63,276 bases of DNA, filler included, from Octopus bimaculoides (GCF_001194135.2; 5 parts of 5 records of this genome joined end to end with filler, not necessarily neighbours in it); one strand, 5' to 3'; positions 49,937 to 62,705 are shown, counted from the whole stretch's first letter. Translations and numbers: made by a program. The notes: a model not told the origin generated them from the letters alone.

Positions 49937-50071
49937 AATATTTATCCTGACTTAAGCATGAATGTTCAATTAGAGCAAACTATATAGCCAATATAAGAGT
50001 TTCTTTCATGGTACCTACTGCAGTGTAGTTTGTTCTAACAAAACATCCATGGTTAAGTAGGGATAAATATT
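49937..50071. repeat. Older foldback (49-bp arms, about 80% identical)
   Basis: aatatttatcctgacttaagcatg... pairs with ...catggttaagtagggataaatatt. Confidence 0.8.
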
Positions 50072-50862
50072 ACCACTCAGTATTAATACTGCCTCTGTCA
50101 CTAATATATATTTTTGAAATTGGAATGGTTAATGACTGCCAATATTACTCAGAGGTTGAATGCATTCTACAAATTTGTAGAATGTCTGTGCAGAATATTC
50201 ATGATCACTTACAGGGACAAAATCACAAACTCTGAAGTCCCGAGAATGCCAATCTGTGCAGCCTGCAGGAGATTGTGGTCGAAAGATGAGTGAAACTTGT
50301 AGGTCATTTTTCCAAATGCCAGAAGGATGAATACCCAAGATTGCTATGGAATGGGTTCATGAGAGGGAGACTCAAGAAGACATGGTGTGCCCCCTTCAAA
50401 GAAGATCTGAAGCAGCTTAGCATCATCATCTGGGAAGATGCAAGATGCAGGGGACCATACTCAAAACCAGGATTATTGGAGACGTCATGTTGCCTGATGT
50501 AACAGGCCAATCATATAGGCGGAACTAAGACTAATAATCCTTATATATAGAATTATACATGCATCCTAGTGTGTGTATGTCTACATATAAATGTTTACGT
50601 ATTCATATTTGTGTTCATATATAACAACTACTTCAGTGTATGCGTGGGTGCGTGCGTGCGTGCCTGCTTAGAACATATTTGTAGACAAAATATTTATCAT
50701 GCAGGCATCCAGACATAAACAGTATGTCTCTGATTACATGTAACATTGGTGTTCAAAATATTACTACTACACCTGTTGTGTTATCAGAATCAGTTTACTC
50801 TTTCAAAACCAAGGTATATATATATGTACATATGAGTGTGTGGTAGATGATGGCGCCAGCTA

Positions 50863-50900
<38 letters not shown>

Positions 50901-51234
50901 GTACACAGATGCACAGATATCACAATATAAAACTGTGCGTGGTGAGATAAGAGAAGTGGAGGATAGTTCCAGTTATCTCACTGGTCGAGGAGGAGGAAAA
51001 GGAGGTTTGGAACCTGAGGAGTGAGGTTTCAATTTCTCTTTAGCTGAGTCATTAATATTTTTCTATCTCTTTGTGTACTAGTGTGTGTGTGTGTGAGTTT
51101 GTATCTAGTCAGAGAAAATCTACCTCGTTGGATTCTGACTCGTGCAAGCAACAAGCATAGAAAAGTGGATGTTAAAATGATGGATGATGACGATGATGCT
51201 ATATGTGTGTGTACATATGTATCTATTTTTTCTT

Positions 51235-51645
51235 TTTCTTTTACTTGTTTCAGTCATTAGACGGTAGCCATGCTAGGGCACCACCTTGAAGAATTTCACT
51301 CAAATGAACCAATCCTACCATTTATTTTTTTAATGCTTGGTACTATTATATTGGTCATTTTTGCCGAACTGCTAAGTTACAACCAACCCTGGTTATCAAG
51401 TGCTTGTAGGAGACAAACACAAAAACACATGCACATATATGTGTGTATACACACACACACACACACACGTATATGTTTATGTTCATAATGGGTTTCTTTT
51501 CAGTTTCCACCTACCAAATCCACTCACAAGGCTTTGGTCAGCCCCAAGTTATAGTAGAACACACTTGCCCAAGGTGCCACACAGTGGGACTGTGCCTGGG
51601 ACCATGTTGTTGGAAAGCAAGCTTTTTATCACACAGCCTTGCCTG
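51235..51645 (-). mobile_element. SINE family A, CpG-decayed
   Basis: Collinear reverse complement of family A. Confidence 0.9.
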
Positions 51646-52379
51646 ATATAAATATATATATATATGTGTGTGTGTGAAGATGCATCGCTTGTGGCCAGAG
51701 TGTTGCATTCATGATTGCAAGAGTGTGCTTTCATTCAAACTCTGTGTTGTCTCTGCTCAGTTCATCAACCATTTTACTGAGGTTCTGGCTGCTATTTTTC
51801 ATGGCACCTGCACTAGTCAGGTTGCCTTGTATCTCACTAGGCTACAGTGCCCTTTGACTGCAAAGGAAAATGGGGTGGGGAGATGACTTTTGGCAAGTTG
51901 TTGAGAGAAGTTACACTATAGTGAGAGGAATAGTTCTATTGTTGTGAGAGCTTGGTGGTGGTGGAGGAGAGTGTAGCAGAGGACACAATGTTGTTGTGGT
52001 CTGTCTGTCTGTCTGTCAACATTTTCATTCATTTTCTATGCTGACATCATCATCATCATCATCATCATTTTAATGTTTACTTTTCCTTGTTTGCATGGGT
52101 CAGACAATCTATTGAGGCAGATTTTCTATGGCCAGAGGCCTTTCCCTCTCAAACTCTCATTTGTTTCCAAGCAAGGTAAGATTTCCCCTTGACTGGATAT
52201 GTTTTCATGGAAGATTAGAACCAAATGACACTGCTTGTATGATGGTGATACTTGTTTACAACTATCACACAATGTTAAGAAAACAACACATGCACACAAC
52301 AGGCTTCTTTCAGTTTCTGTCTACCAAAATCATTCACAAGCCTCAAAGCTATGCTAGAAGACACTCATTGCAGTGGGAC

Positions 52380-53100
52380 TGTCTGTCTGTCTGTCTCTAC
52401 CTACCTAACTCCTTGTCTTACTATCTTTATCTAACTCCCTGTCTTACTATCTCTATCTCACTCCCTGTCTTACTATCTCTATCTAACTCCCTGTCTTATC
52501 TCTATCTAACTTCCTGTCTTATCTCTAACTTCCTGTCTTACTATCTCTATCTTACTCCCTGTCTTACTATCTATCTATCTGCCTGTCTAACTATCTCTAT
52601 CTATCTGCCTGTCTTACTATTTATCTATCTGCCTGTCTTACTATTTATCTAACTGCCTGGCTTACTATCTCTCTAAATGTTTGTCTTACTATCTCTGTCT
52701 ATCTGTCTGTGTCTTTTTTTTTATCTACCTGTCTCTCTGTCTATCTACCTGTATATCTATCTGTTTGTCCCTCTGTCTATATGTGTGTCTATGTCTGTCT
52801 CTCTATCTGTCCATCTATCAATCTCTCTAACTGCCTATCTTACTATCAGTTTGTTTTACTATCTCTGTCTATCTGTCTAACTATATATCTGTCTATCTAA
52901 CTATATGTCCATCTGTCTCTCTGTCTAACTATCTGTCTGTTTAACTATATATCTATCTAACTACCTGTCTCTGTTTGTCTAACTATCTTTTTGTCTGTCT
53001 GTCAAAATATCTATTTGTCTGTCTGCATAACTATCTATCCTTTTGCCTGTCTGTATAACTATATATCTGTCTGGCAATATATTTATCTGTCTATCTACAT
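52380..53100. repeat. Degenerate CTAT/CTGT tandem array with ~26-bp periodicity at its start
   Basis: ctaactccctgtcttactatctctat repeated with decay. Confidence 0.88.
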
Positions 53101-53169
53101 ATTTAATAAATATATATATAAATATAATATAATATAATATAAAATAATGTATTCTATTTTCCATTTCAG

Positions 53170-53270
53170 GTAAGTTCTACAGGATCTTTACTATTATCAT
53201 ATGCTTGCTTATTTCCACTATGATGAAATATTCAAGTAATACTTTTTATGGAATTAGTAGCAGTCATAAG
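53170..53270 (+). CDS. Candidate coding exon (G)KFYRIFTIIICLLISTMMKYSSNTFYGISSSHK, signal peptide/anchor-like
   Basis: Acceptor attctattttccatttcag, donor AAG|GTATGT, 101 bp, open only in phase 1 to 0, hydrophobic core IFTIIICLLIS. Confidence 0.55.
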
Positions 53271-54254
53271 GTATGTACTTTCACCTGTTGGAGATAAACT
53301 TCTCATCTTTCGTTAATTAACTAATTAACTTACTAATTTACTAGTTCAGACACCAAATTACAGTTGTTCATGCACTGGCTAGAACGACTTGCAGTATTTG
53401 TTCCAGCTGTGTTCTGAGTTCAAATCCTGCTGATACCAACTCTGCTTTTCCTCCTCTCAGGGTCAATAAAAATGTATTGATTCAGGGTGCAGGTAGATTG
53501 ACTGAACTGTAAGAACTTCAGGTCAACTATCTTGTGGGTTTTTCCATTGAGTTTTCCATTCTGAGTTAAAATCCTGTCTTGCAGCCATGAGATTCTTTAT
53601 ATTCTATATATACTCCTCATGAAGTAATTTTCGGTGATTGGATTTACTGGATTTCAACTACATTACACTCCTACATATTGGTGTACTATATGGTATGTAG
53701 CTGGGTTCACTAAAGGAAATTTTGTGATTACCACTGGATTATAGAAATCCATATATTATGCATTAAATTTATACATACATACATATATATAATCGATAAA
53801 AAAAGAAACAGAGAAAAAGAAAAAAGACAATCGTGTGGATGTAGCACAAGCAATGTATTAATAAGACACTCAGAGAAGGAAAAGAGTAGTAGTTTTATGT
53901 TCTGAGCATAGCTCTTTGGGAACAGGAAAAATAGGAAAGTCCAAGATGAAGGAGGAAAATAATCCCCAACAATCATGTGTGGTTACATTTTTGAAGTGAC
54001 TGGAAGTAGAAGGAATGAAGAGAAAATACTTTCTGGGACAGCTATATATATATATATATATATATATGGGTTCATATATACAGAAAACAAAAGAAAGATG
54101 AGGGAACTATGAGCAGGTGTATTAGTTTGACTTTCTGGGAAAACGGAAAAGTCTTTAATATTTTGAGCCTATACTCTTTGAAAGAAAAGGATGAGAAGCA
54201 ACAAAATGGTGAGAGAGAGAGAGAGAGAAAATGTGTTGGGATTAATGGTTTCAT

Positions 54255-54310
<56 letters not shown>

Positions 54311-54651
54311 TTGTGTGTACAGTTAGGTGTAAGACTATTGCTATATGAGTCAGAGCTCCATGTAGATTATCATTATCCAGTTGGCTTCCAATGTAATGGT
54401 TAGTCTGCCACTGTATTTAGCAGTGATAGTAGTTATGACATACAGAGCACACGTATTGGAAAATTAAGATAAGCACAAGTATAAATAATTAGTTCCTGTG
54501 CATGTTTCACCATTGCTGTTATTTGAAACTCAGCATTGAATGTTCCAAGTGCAATTGGATTACCTAACCACAATGGATCATTAGGGGAACAGTTTATTGC
54601 ATTCTGTTACAGAGATCCAGTATATATATGTGTGTGTATGTGTGTGTGTAT

Positions 54652-55030
54652 ATAGGTGCAGGCGTGGCTGTGTAGTAAGAAGTTTGCCTCCCAACCACAT
54701 GGTTCCAGGTTCACTCCCACTGTGTGACACATTAGGTAAGTGTCTTCTATAGCCTTGAGCCATCCAAAGCCTTGTGCATGGATTTGGTAGACGGAAACTG
54801 AAAGAAGCCTGTTGTGTTTATGTGTGTCTGTGTTTGTCCACCCTCCCCACCACTTGGTGTGATTATGTCCCCCATAACTTCGTGGCCTTGCAGTTCAGCA
54901 AAACAGACTGATAGAATAAGTTTCAGGCTTAACCAAGAAATAAGTACTGGGGTTGATTCAATTGACTAAAAATTCAAGTCAGTGCTCCAGCATGGCTGCA
55001 GTAAAATGACTGAAACAAGTAAAAGATAAA
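54652..55030 (+). mobile_element. SINE family A, full length
   Basis: Complete head, core and tail. Confidence 0.92.
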
Positions 55031-55187
55031 AGATATTCTTCATCTTAATTTTGTGTCTGTTTTTCTGTACTAGCATGGATTGGACGGGACAGTACCAGCA
55101 TAGCATTTCACCGTTTGTCTGTTGGCACATACAGTAACAGAGAAAAACTGGCAATTTTTGTTGTTGTTGCTATGGTTGAGAGCATGT

Positions 55188-55238
<51 letters not shown>

Positions 55239-56204
55239 TCACAGAAATAGTCATTTATAAAAGAGAGTGATAGATGTCAGTAATGCATGACCTTGAGGAG
55301 AAGTGATGGTTGATAGAGAGAGGGTGATAAAAATGGTATATCAGATACCAATGGATATGATGCAGTTCCTCCTTCATTATGCAAGCATCATGATAGTAGA
55401 GGGAGCGAGAGAGAGAGAGGTAGTGAGAGGTTGGAGAGAGAGAGAGACAAAGAGAGGTAGAGTGATGTGGATGGTAGTAGGAGAACTGGTTATGAAGAGC
55501 TCCAATGTTATTTATTGTTACACAAGCAGCATGGTGATGCAAAGGAGAGTGGGGGGAGGATGAATGATAGAGATGAGAGGATTAGGAAAAGGTAGTGAGG
55601 GGAAGTGGATGGAAATTGAGTCGGAACATAATAGGTGAGAGGCAGAAGTCTAGATATATTACACATCCCACCGTCCATAACTAACATCATTTCTAACCCG
55701 TTATCATTCACATTATTCTCTCTAACGCAATGCTTATTTATTCACATTGTTTTTTTTTATTATTCATGCATTATTTTGTAGCATGATGTTGGGTTGGTGT
55801 GAGAAGCCAGATCTGGCCAGTTTGAACATATAACATGTAGAATGTTTTGGCTGAATATAGCTGGTTTAAATGCTAAAGGGTTAATGAATATTTTACCATG
55901 TTTGCAGAGATTGGTGGGTCTTCTCCAGCACTACATGTTACATGTCATTGCAATCCTGTATCATCTCCATCATGAGGTTCAAAGTAATGATGAAATCTGG
56001 CTAGAGAAGTGACATATTAATTGTGATGCCGGTACTGTTTTGCCGAGATGGCGGGTCAGATTTGCATGACTCCAAAGTTTGAATGATGCTGGTGATCATA
56101 AGATGAAGAACTTAAGTAGGATCAAATACTAGTCAGTCAATCCAGTGTGTGTGTGNNNNNNNNNNCGTGTGTGTAGTGGGGGGGGGGTTCTAATGGGAGG
56201 CTGG

Positions 56205-56480
56205 TGCACTATAGAGTTGTTGAGAAGAAGGCCCTGAAACTGCACATTCTTTCCTGATGACCTCTGAAGCCTTCAGTGGGCAGCACTTGTACAAGCTGTT
56301 TACAAGACTCCATCATGAGATACATCTTGAAATTAGTCTCCACCACTTCATCCCATGTCATCTTCCACAGGTGCCATCCGTTCCGAGTGCTTGGCACTTT
56401 TTCATACAACTGTCATCCCTGTATGTATCACATGCCTACTTCTTAACATCATTAGTCTTTGCTAAGTTTTCTTTGAGGTC
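56205..56480 (-). pseudogene. RTE ORF2 C-terminal remnant
   Basis: ccacttcatcccatgtcatcttccacagg..gcactttttcatacaactgtcatcc matches 60095-60180. Confidence 0.78.
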
Positions 56481-56623
56481 TCTTGATTCTAGATTTTGCT
56501 TCCAAAGTTGGAATTTATTTTCTTTCATGCACACACACACACCATGAGATCAAATTAACTGCAAAACTTTACATTACATATATGGGCAGGATGCTTTATT
56601 TTTCCTTGCCTAGACTCACTTAC

Positions 56624-56665
56624 CATTCTGGCATGAATAGGTACCAGATATCTGGGAATGTTTAC
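56624..56665 (-). other. Candidate 42-bp minus-strand exon
   Basis: Acceptor tttgtcatag and consensus donor ATG|GTAAGT; open as VNIPRYLVPIHARM or KHSQISGTYSCQN. Confidence 0.25.
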
Positions 56666-56919
56666 CTATGACAAACCAGATTTATCACACCATCCCTTCT
56701 TACTTTGGAATCAAAATCTCAAAAGCTCTTGAGAGCTTAAAAAATTCCTTAGGGATTTTGTTACACATACTTATAACGTTTATTGTTAATTTTTTTCTGT
56801 TTGTAACATCACTAAGTAGCTCATTAACAAATGAGTATTAAATCTAATGAAAGCGTTGGTAAACTGAAACACATGTATTCTTTGAATTAAGGAATAATTT
56901 GTATTGAATTAGTTTTATT

Positions 56920-57130
56920 ATTATTATTATTATTTCCTCTGCCTTAGCGAAGGCAGAGATATTGTTTTCAGTTGTGTTTGTTTGTTAGTTTGTCCATAGA
57001 CAAGATATCTCAAGAAGCGCTGGATGGATTTGGATGAAACTTTCAGGGATGTTTGGCCTTGTGACTAGTGTGAACTGATTAGATTTTGGGATTGATCTGG
57101 TACTGGACAAGGATTCTGGATTACTTGTTA
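56920..57130 (+). mobile_element. Helentron-associated (HINE/DINE-1-like) non-autonomous element end
   Basis: Hairpin CTCTGCC-ttagcgaa-GGCAGAG (56937-56958), then GTTT repeats and ggatttggatgaaactttcagg. Confidence 0.6.
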
Positions 57131-57496
57131 TATTTACTTTACATGAAGTATTACTATCTTTGAATATCTCCCTTGAAAGCATGCTCGTGGTCCCATGTAA
57201 ATTATGGCAGCGTTCTTGTTTCCAAAGTTTTATTTTCATTTCTCTATTTATTAATTTTACTCGCATCTTTATCTTAGTAGAAACTGATGGATAAAGAAAT
57301 CAAACCAAATAAACAAACAGCAGCAAAACTGTTCAGAGATTAAATAACACTAACATATTCAGTAACAATAATAAATCTAATTTATCCTTGACAATTTTTA
57401 GTTTTACCAATTTTGAATATATTGCTCCTGTTTAAAACCTCTTATCTACTTGACAATTGCATTTCTAGCTCTGCCTTGAAGGAAGCTTTACTACTT

Positions 57497-57643
57497 CGAC
57501 TCATGTTTTGTGTGCAATGATGTTGTTAAACCTCTGTTAACAGCTCCGTATGCAGGTCCTTTCTGTTTTCTTTCACGCATGGATAAATTTTTCACTATAG
57601 ACCTTAGTGGTCATAAAGACACTATATCAATGGATAGATTAAA
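57497..57643 (+). pseudogene. Ty3/Gypsy integrase C-terminal GPY/F module
   Basis: THV(F)VCNDVVKPLLTAPYAGPFCFLSRMDKFFTIDLSGHKDTISMDRL(K) matches the PYxGPF...FTI...DTVSIDRLK motif; runs into a gap. Confidence 0.85.
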
Positions 57644-59636
57644 NNNNNNNNNNNNNNNNNNNNNNNNNNNNNNNNNNNNNNNNNNNNNNNNNNNNNNNNN
57701 NNNNNNNNNNNNNNNNNNNNNNNNNNNNNNNNNNNNNNNNNNNNNNNNNNNNNNNNNNNNNNNNNNNNNNNNNNNNNNNNNNNNNNNNNNNNNNNNNNNN
57801 NNNNNNNNNNNNNNNNNNNNNNNNNNNNNNNNNNNNNNNNNNNNNNNNNNNNNNNNNNNNNNNNNNNNNNNNNNNNNNNNNNNNNNNNNNNNNNNNNNNN
57901 NNNNNNNNNNNNNNNNNNNNNNNNNNNNNNNNNNNNNNNNNNNNNNNNNNNNNNNNNNNNNNNNNNNNNNNNNNNNNNNNNNNNNNNNNNNNNNNNNNNN
58001 NNNNNNNNNNNNNNNNNNNNNNNNNNNNNNNNNNNATTTTATGGTTTATGTCTGAGAAGTTTTTAAGTTTACAGAATGGATTACTTCTATAGCCCCTCTC
58101 TTTCTCTCTCTCTCTAGCCTCCTCCATGAGCCCCAATGGTTTGTAAACAAAAGGTAAAGGGATGCTATGACGCAGATGTTGTTAAAACAGAGGTTGACAC
58201 CCCCCCCTTTCCCATACACACCACCACAAAGAACAACAACTACAGCAACAACAACAGAAACTCCAGTTTGGCGATTAATGCCAAGGATATTTTTCATGGT
58301 TTCAGTTTACAGACCACAGACGGTGTTTCTTGTGCTTCGTCATTGACTGTGTTGAAACCTTAGCAGTGCCAGCTGGAATTCTCCACTGTTATAGTAATTA
58401 TGCATAGAGTCTGCTACTACTGTAGCATGTTGGTAATTACCATTCTTATTGAATGTCACTGGCAAAAAAACTCCCCATAGAAAAACTCCCTACCTCTCCC
58501 CAAAAAGACCCCTTAAAAAACTAAAAAGCCCCACTTCACCCCCTCTTTCATCCCAAATTCCCACACTGATGTATATTTAATTTCAGACAAAAACTGCAAT
58601 ATAGAAACGAATATAATATTTAGTAATCTTTCATTAATATTGTTTTTTTTCTCTCATTAGAACCCATTTGTTTCCAATTAGTTTTTCTAATGTTCTGTAC
58701 ATTAAATACATTCACACCTATTTACTCGACTATTGTTTCACACAAAGATGGCATCTTTGAATTATTCAGTCTCTAAACAATGCTATTTTCTTATGCCAGC
58801 AAATGTATTGTACTCTACTGTATGTTCATTCATTTACTTATTAATAGTTCTTTTATTGCTATTTTGGCAAATATCAAATATTCTTTACTGATAAGGTTTG
58901 AATAAGATTGAAACAAGTATGGAGTTCTCTCCCATATTTAATGGTTAACAAAAATATTAGACATTGTGATTAGTATCATTTTTTTTCCTTACTACATAAT
59001 TATTTCTATGATTGTGAGTACAACACCCTAAGACCTAAACACTTAGTCTAGTAATTGGGGTGTTGTAATCAGAGTTGTAAGGTTCCCAAACCAGGCACTC
59101 ATTTCACATTGCTTCTGTCCATTCAGCTGAAAGTGATTGTTAGTAATATGCATGGGATGAAGTTTGACCCTGTAACAGATTGGCTTTCCAATCCAATTGA
59201 GTGGTGTGGTCTTCACAAGTAGGAGTAGAGACTACCTGATGCACTTTTCTGCTATAGAAAGGTCATCATGATACTTTGCATTGCCCCATTGTCCCCCCCC
59301 CCCAATGTAATAATTTCTAGTTAGTTTAAACTAAGCACCAATCCTTAAATGCTTCTCCTTAAACTAAATACCAACTACTAAATTAAACACCAGTGCCTGA
59401 AACAAAAACCAAACTTATAAACAGCTCCTAAACTAAGCCTTAGCCATTAACTAAATACCAATCCTAAATTAAACATCAGACCCCTTATACACCAACACCA
59501 ACCTCTAAACTAAACATTNNNNNNNNNNNNNNNNNNNNNNNNNNNNNNNNNNNNNNNNNNNNTTAATTAATTAANNNNNNNNNNNNNNNNNNNNNNNNNN
59601 NNNNNNNNNNNNNNNNNNGCCAGTAAGGCAAAGATG

Positions 59637-61025
59637 GGAACGATCGCACTCAAATGCTGCTTTCTATGTGCCACCGGCACGGAAGCGAGACTGGTGCTCT
59701 GGCAGTGATCCCGCTCGGATGGTGCTGTTAGCACTCCACTTGCACAGGTGCCAGTCATCGAATTTGGTTCAGTTTCTATCTCACTTGCCCCAACAGGTCT
59801 TCGCAAGATGAGTTTAGTGTCCATTGAAGGAAGGTTGGCATGGGTGCCAGTCAACGAATTTGGTTCAATTTTCGATTTCAATTTCACTTGCCTCAACAGG
59901 TCTTCGCAAGCAGGGTTTTATGTCTAAAGAAGGAAAAGTATGCATAAGTGAGTTGGCTACACCCCTGGTAAAGGCCAGGGGTTATGGTCTCACTTGACTT
60001 GCCGGATCTTTTCACGCACACCATATTTCCAAAGGTCTCGGTCACAAGTATTTGCCTTTGTGAGGCCTAATGTTCGAAGGTCGTGCTTTACCACCTCATC
60101 CCAGGTCTTCCTGGGTCTATCTCTTCCACAGGTACCCTCGACTGCAAGGCTGTGGCACTTTTTTACACAGCTATCCTCATCCATTCTTGCCAAATGACCA
60201 TACCAGTGCAATCGTCTCTCTTGCACACCACAACTAATGCTTCTTAGGTCCAACTTTTCTCTCAAGGTACTTATACCCTCTCGAATATGCACACCGACAT
60301 TACACATCCATCAGAGCATACTGGCTTCATTCCTTGCGAGCTTACGCATGTCCTCAGCAGTCATGGCCCATGTTTCACTGCCATGTAGCATGGCTGTTTA
60401 TACACATGCGTCATACAGTCTGCCCTTTACTCTGAGCGAGAGGCCCCTTTGTCACCAGCAGAGGTAAGAGCTCTCTGAACTTTGCCCAGGCTATTCTTAT
60501 TCTAGCAGCTACCCTACCCTGCTATTGACTTGGTCACCTAGGTAACAGAAGCTATCAACTACTTCTAGTTTTTCTCCCTGGAATGTGGCAGAAGTTGTTC
60601 AATGCACATTTACAGTGTTTATTGCACCTGAGCATCTGCCACATACAAAAACTATCTTCCTAGTTAGCCTTCCTTTCATATTGCTGCACCTCTTATGCAT
60701 CCATAGCTTACACTGGATACATCTTATAGAGTTTCTACCTACACCTTTTCTACAGATCGAGCAGGGCCATCTACCTGAAGAGGTTTGTAGTTTGTCTACC
60801 TTCCTACATATTAGGACTTTGGTTTTAGCCAGGCTGACTCTAAGGCCCTTCGATTCTAATCCTTGCTTCCACACCTGAAACTTCTCCTCTGGTTTTGATA
60901 GTGACTCAGCAATTAGAGCAAGGTCATCAGCATAGAGGAGCTCCCAGGGGCAACCTGTTTTGAATTCCTGGAGGACTATGATAAATAGGAGGGGGCTGAG
61001 GACTGAACCTTGGTGGACCCCTACC
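59637..61025 (-). pseudogene. RTE-clade LINE: RT core to C-terminus plus 3' UTR, with an internal PHD finger
   Basis: VGVHQGSVLSPLLF, ELLYADDL (60923-60934), GLRVSLAKTKVL, C4HC3 motif (60632-60763), SFCYLGD, RRLHWYGHLARM and GRDRPRKTW; bounded by gaps. Confidence 0.95.
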
Positions 61026-61125
61026 NNNNNNNNNNNNNNNNNNNNNNNNNNNNNNNNNNNNNNNNNNNNTTAATTAATTAANNNNNNNNNNNNNNNNNNN
61101 NNNNNNNNNNNNNNNNNNNNNNNNN

Positions 61126-61159
<34 letters not shown>

Positions 61160-62185
61160 CCATTAATAGGACGTATTTCTTTAATAATAAATACCTAACT
61201 TCCAAACAAACACGTAAATAGTACTACTTAAGTACTGAAGCTGATGGTGCCGAAGCGTTTTGTGTTTTATAAAAGTATTTCAACTACACAGCTGATTCCA
61301 TTTATTACAAAGTAACTTACTCGTAACATCCACACACACGCACACACATGGAGGCATAACATATATACAACCTCATGTACGTATGTATGTATGTAGGTAG
61401 GTAGGTTGGTATACAATTATCATATACTCTCAATATCAACGAAACCACAGAAACCCCTGCATTTTATCGTGGAAGACATTCGTGACATCCTAACTTCCGC
61501 AACAAGGCCCATTCCACCTAGTTTTATAAAAACTGTTTCGTTGTGATTTTCCTAGTACCAGAACCATCACCGTGACGGCCATAGAGCAAAGGATTTTCTC
61601 ATTCCAGCGCCCCGAAATACATTATGTTGGAAAGCTACCAAGAGCTGAGACAGTTTATCGCTTTGGCTTTTCATCCGTAGACTTTAGCTTCCTAGAGTCA
61701 CTGACAAAAAAGATGGTCAGCACATGGATTGCACCATGTTATACGAATTCCCTTTTACTAATCATGTTCGGGCAAGAACTACGATCCAGCAGCACCAAAC
61801 TTGTCTGACCTGATAAGTGCCAGTTTCAATCCTATGTCCCTACAGACGATTGCAAGATGGTCGTGGTCCGTATACTGAGTCATTTGTTTTCACGAAAGCG
61901 TTTGTTTGCAGGGCTTCTTCTACTCATCAACATCAGGAATTTGACCTGGCGGGATGCTACTTCAGCTACTGTTGAAACGATTGCGAAACAGGTGTTACTG
62001 TATCACATGTTACAATTAGCACAAAATGTATGGATGTATGTATAGATGTATGATGTTGCATTCGGAACATCCGATACTGACGTAGCCAATTAACTCAACG
62101 GTGGAACGTACGTAGAGATCCAAACTTGTGTTCAACATAATTCTTCCTATATATGTATGTACGTATGTAGAAAGATGGATGGATG

Positions 62186-62235
<50 letters not shown>

Positions 62236-62589
62236 AAATCTTAAGCAATGATAGAAAATAAAAATATATTGAATAATTTATCATTACAGTGACGGTTTGA
62301 TATTTTGGAAAAATATTTCCTTCATACATGTAATACATTACATAGCACCCACACACATATTATATATATTTATATTTATAAAATGAAGTGGAAACATATA
62401 CTTTTGTAAATGAAGCAAATAATTACACTTCAAATGTACTGTAGAAGATATACTAAATGCATATAAATAATTCAGATTTCCGATGCTTGAGTCTTCTTCA
62501 ATGCCTTAATAAATGCTCACTTAATTCTATAAATGATAGATACATACTTATGAATATGTAAAATATATAAGTACGTATGCTTAAGCATG

Positions 62590-62649
62590 CATGCTTGTAT
62601 ATATGCATATATATATATGTGTGTGTGTGTGTGCGTGTGTGTGTGTGTA

Positions 62650-62705
<56 letters not shown>

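Noticed and set aside
50705-50813. 109-bp open frame between AG and AAG|GTATAT
   Set aside because: Weak A-rich acceptor, no homology, and its phase-0 end does not fit the phase-1 exon at 53170.
50905-51020. Open frame ...VRGEIREVEDSSSYLTGRGGG...
   Set aside because: Resembles the RTE GEKLEVVDSFCYLG region; treated as a remnant.
58136-58363. 75-aa ORF MVCKQKVKG...
   Set aside because: No recognisable motif, contains low-complexity CAA repeats and has no supporting splice pattern.
62105-62130. aacgtacgtagagatccaaacttgtg resembles miR-100/miR-10 family
   Set aside because: The seed ACCCGTA is absent and no complementary arm is nearby.
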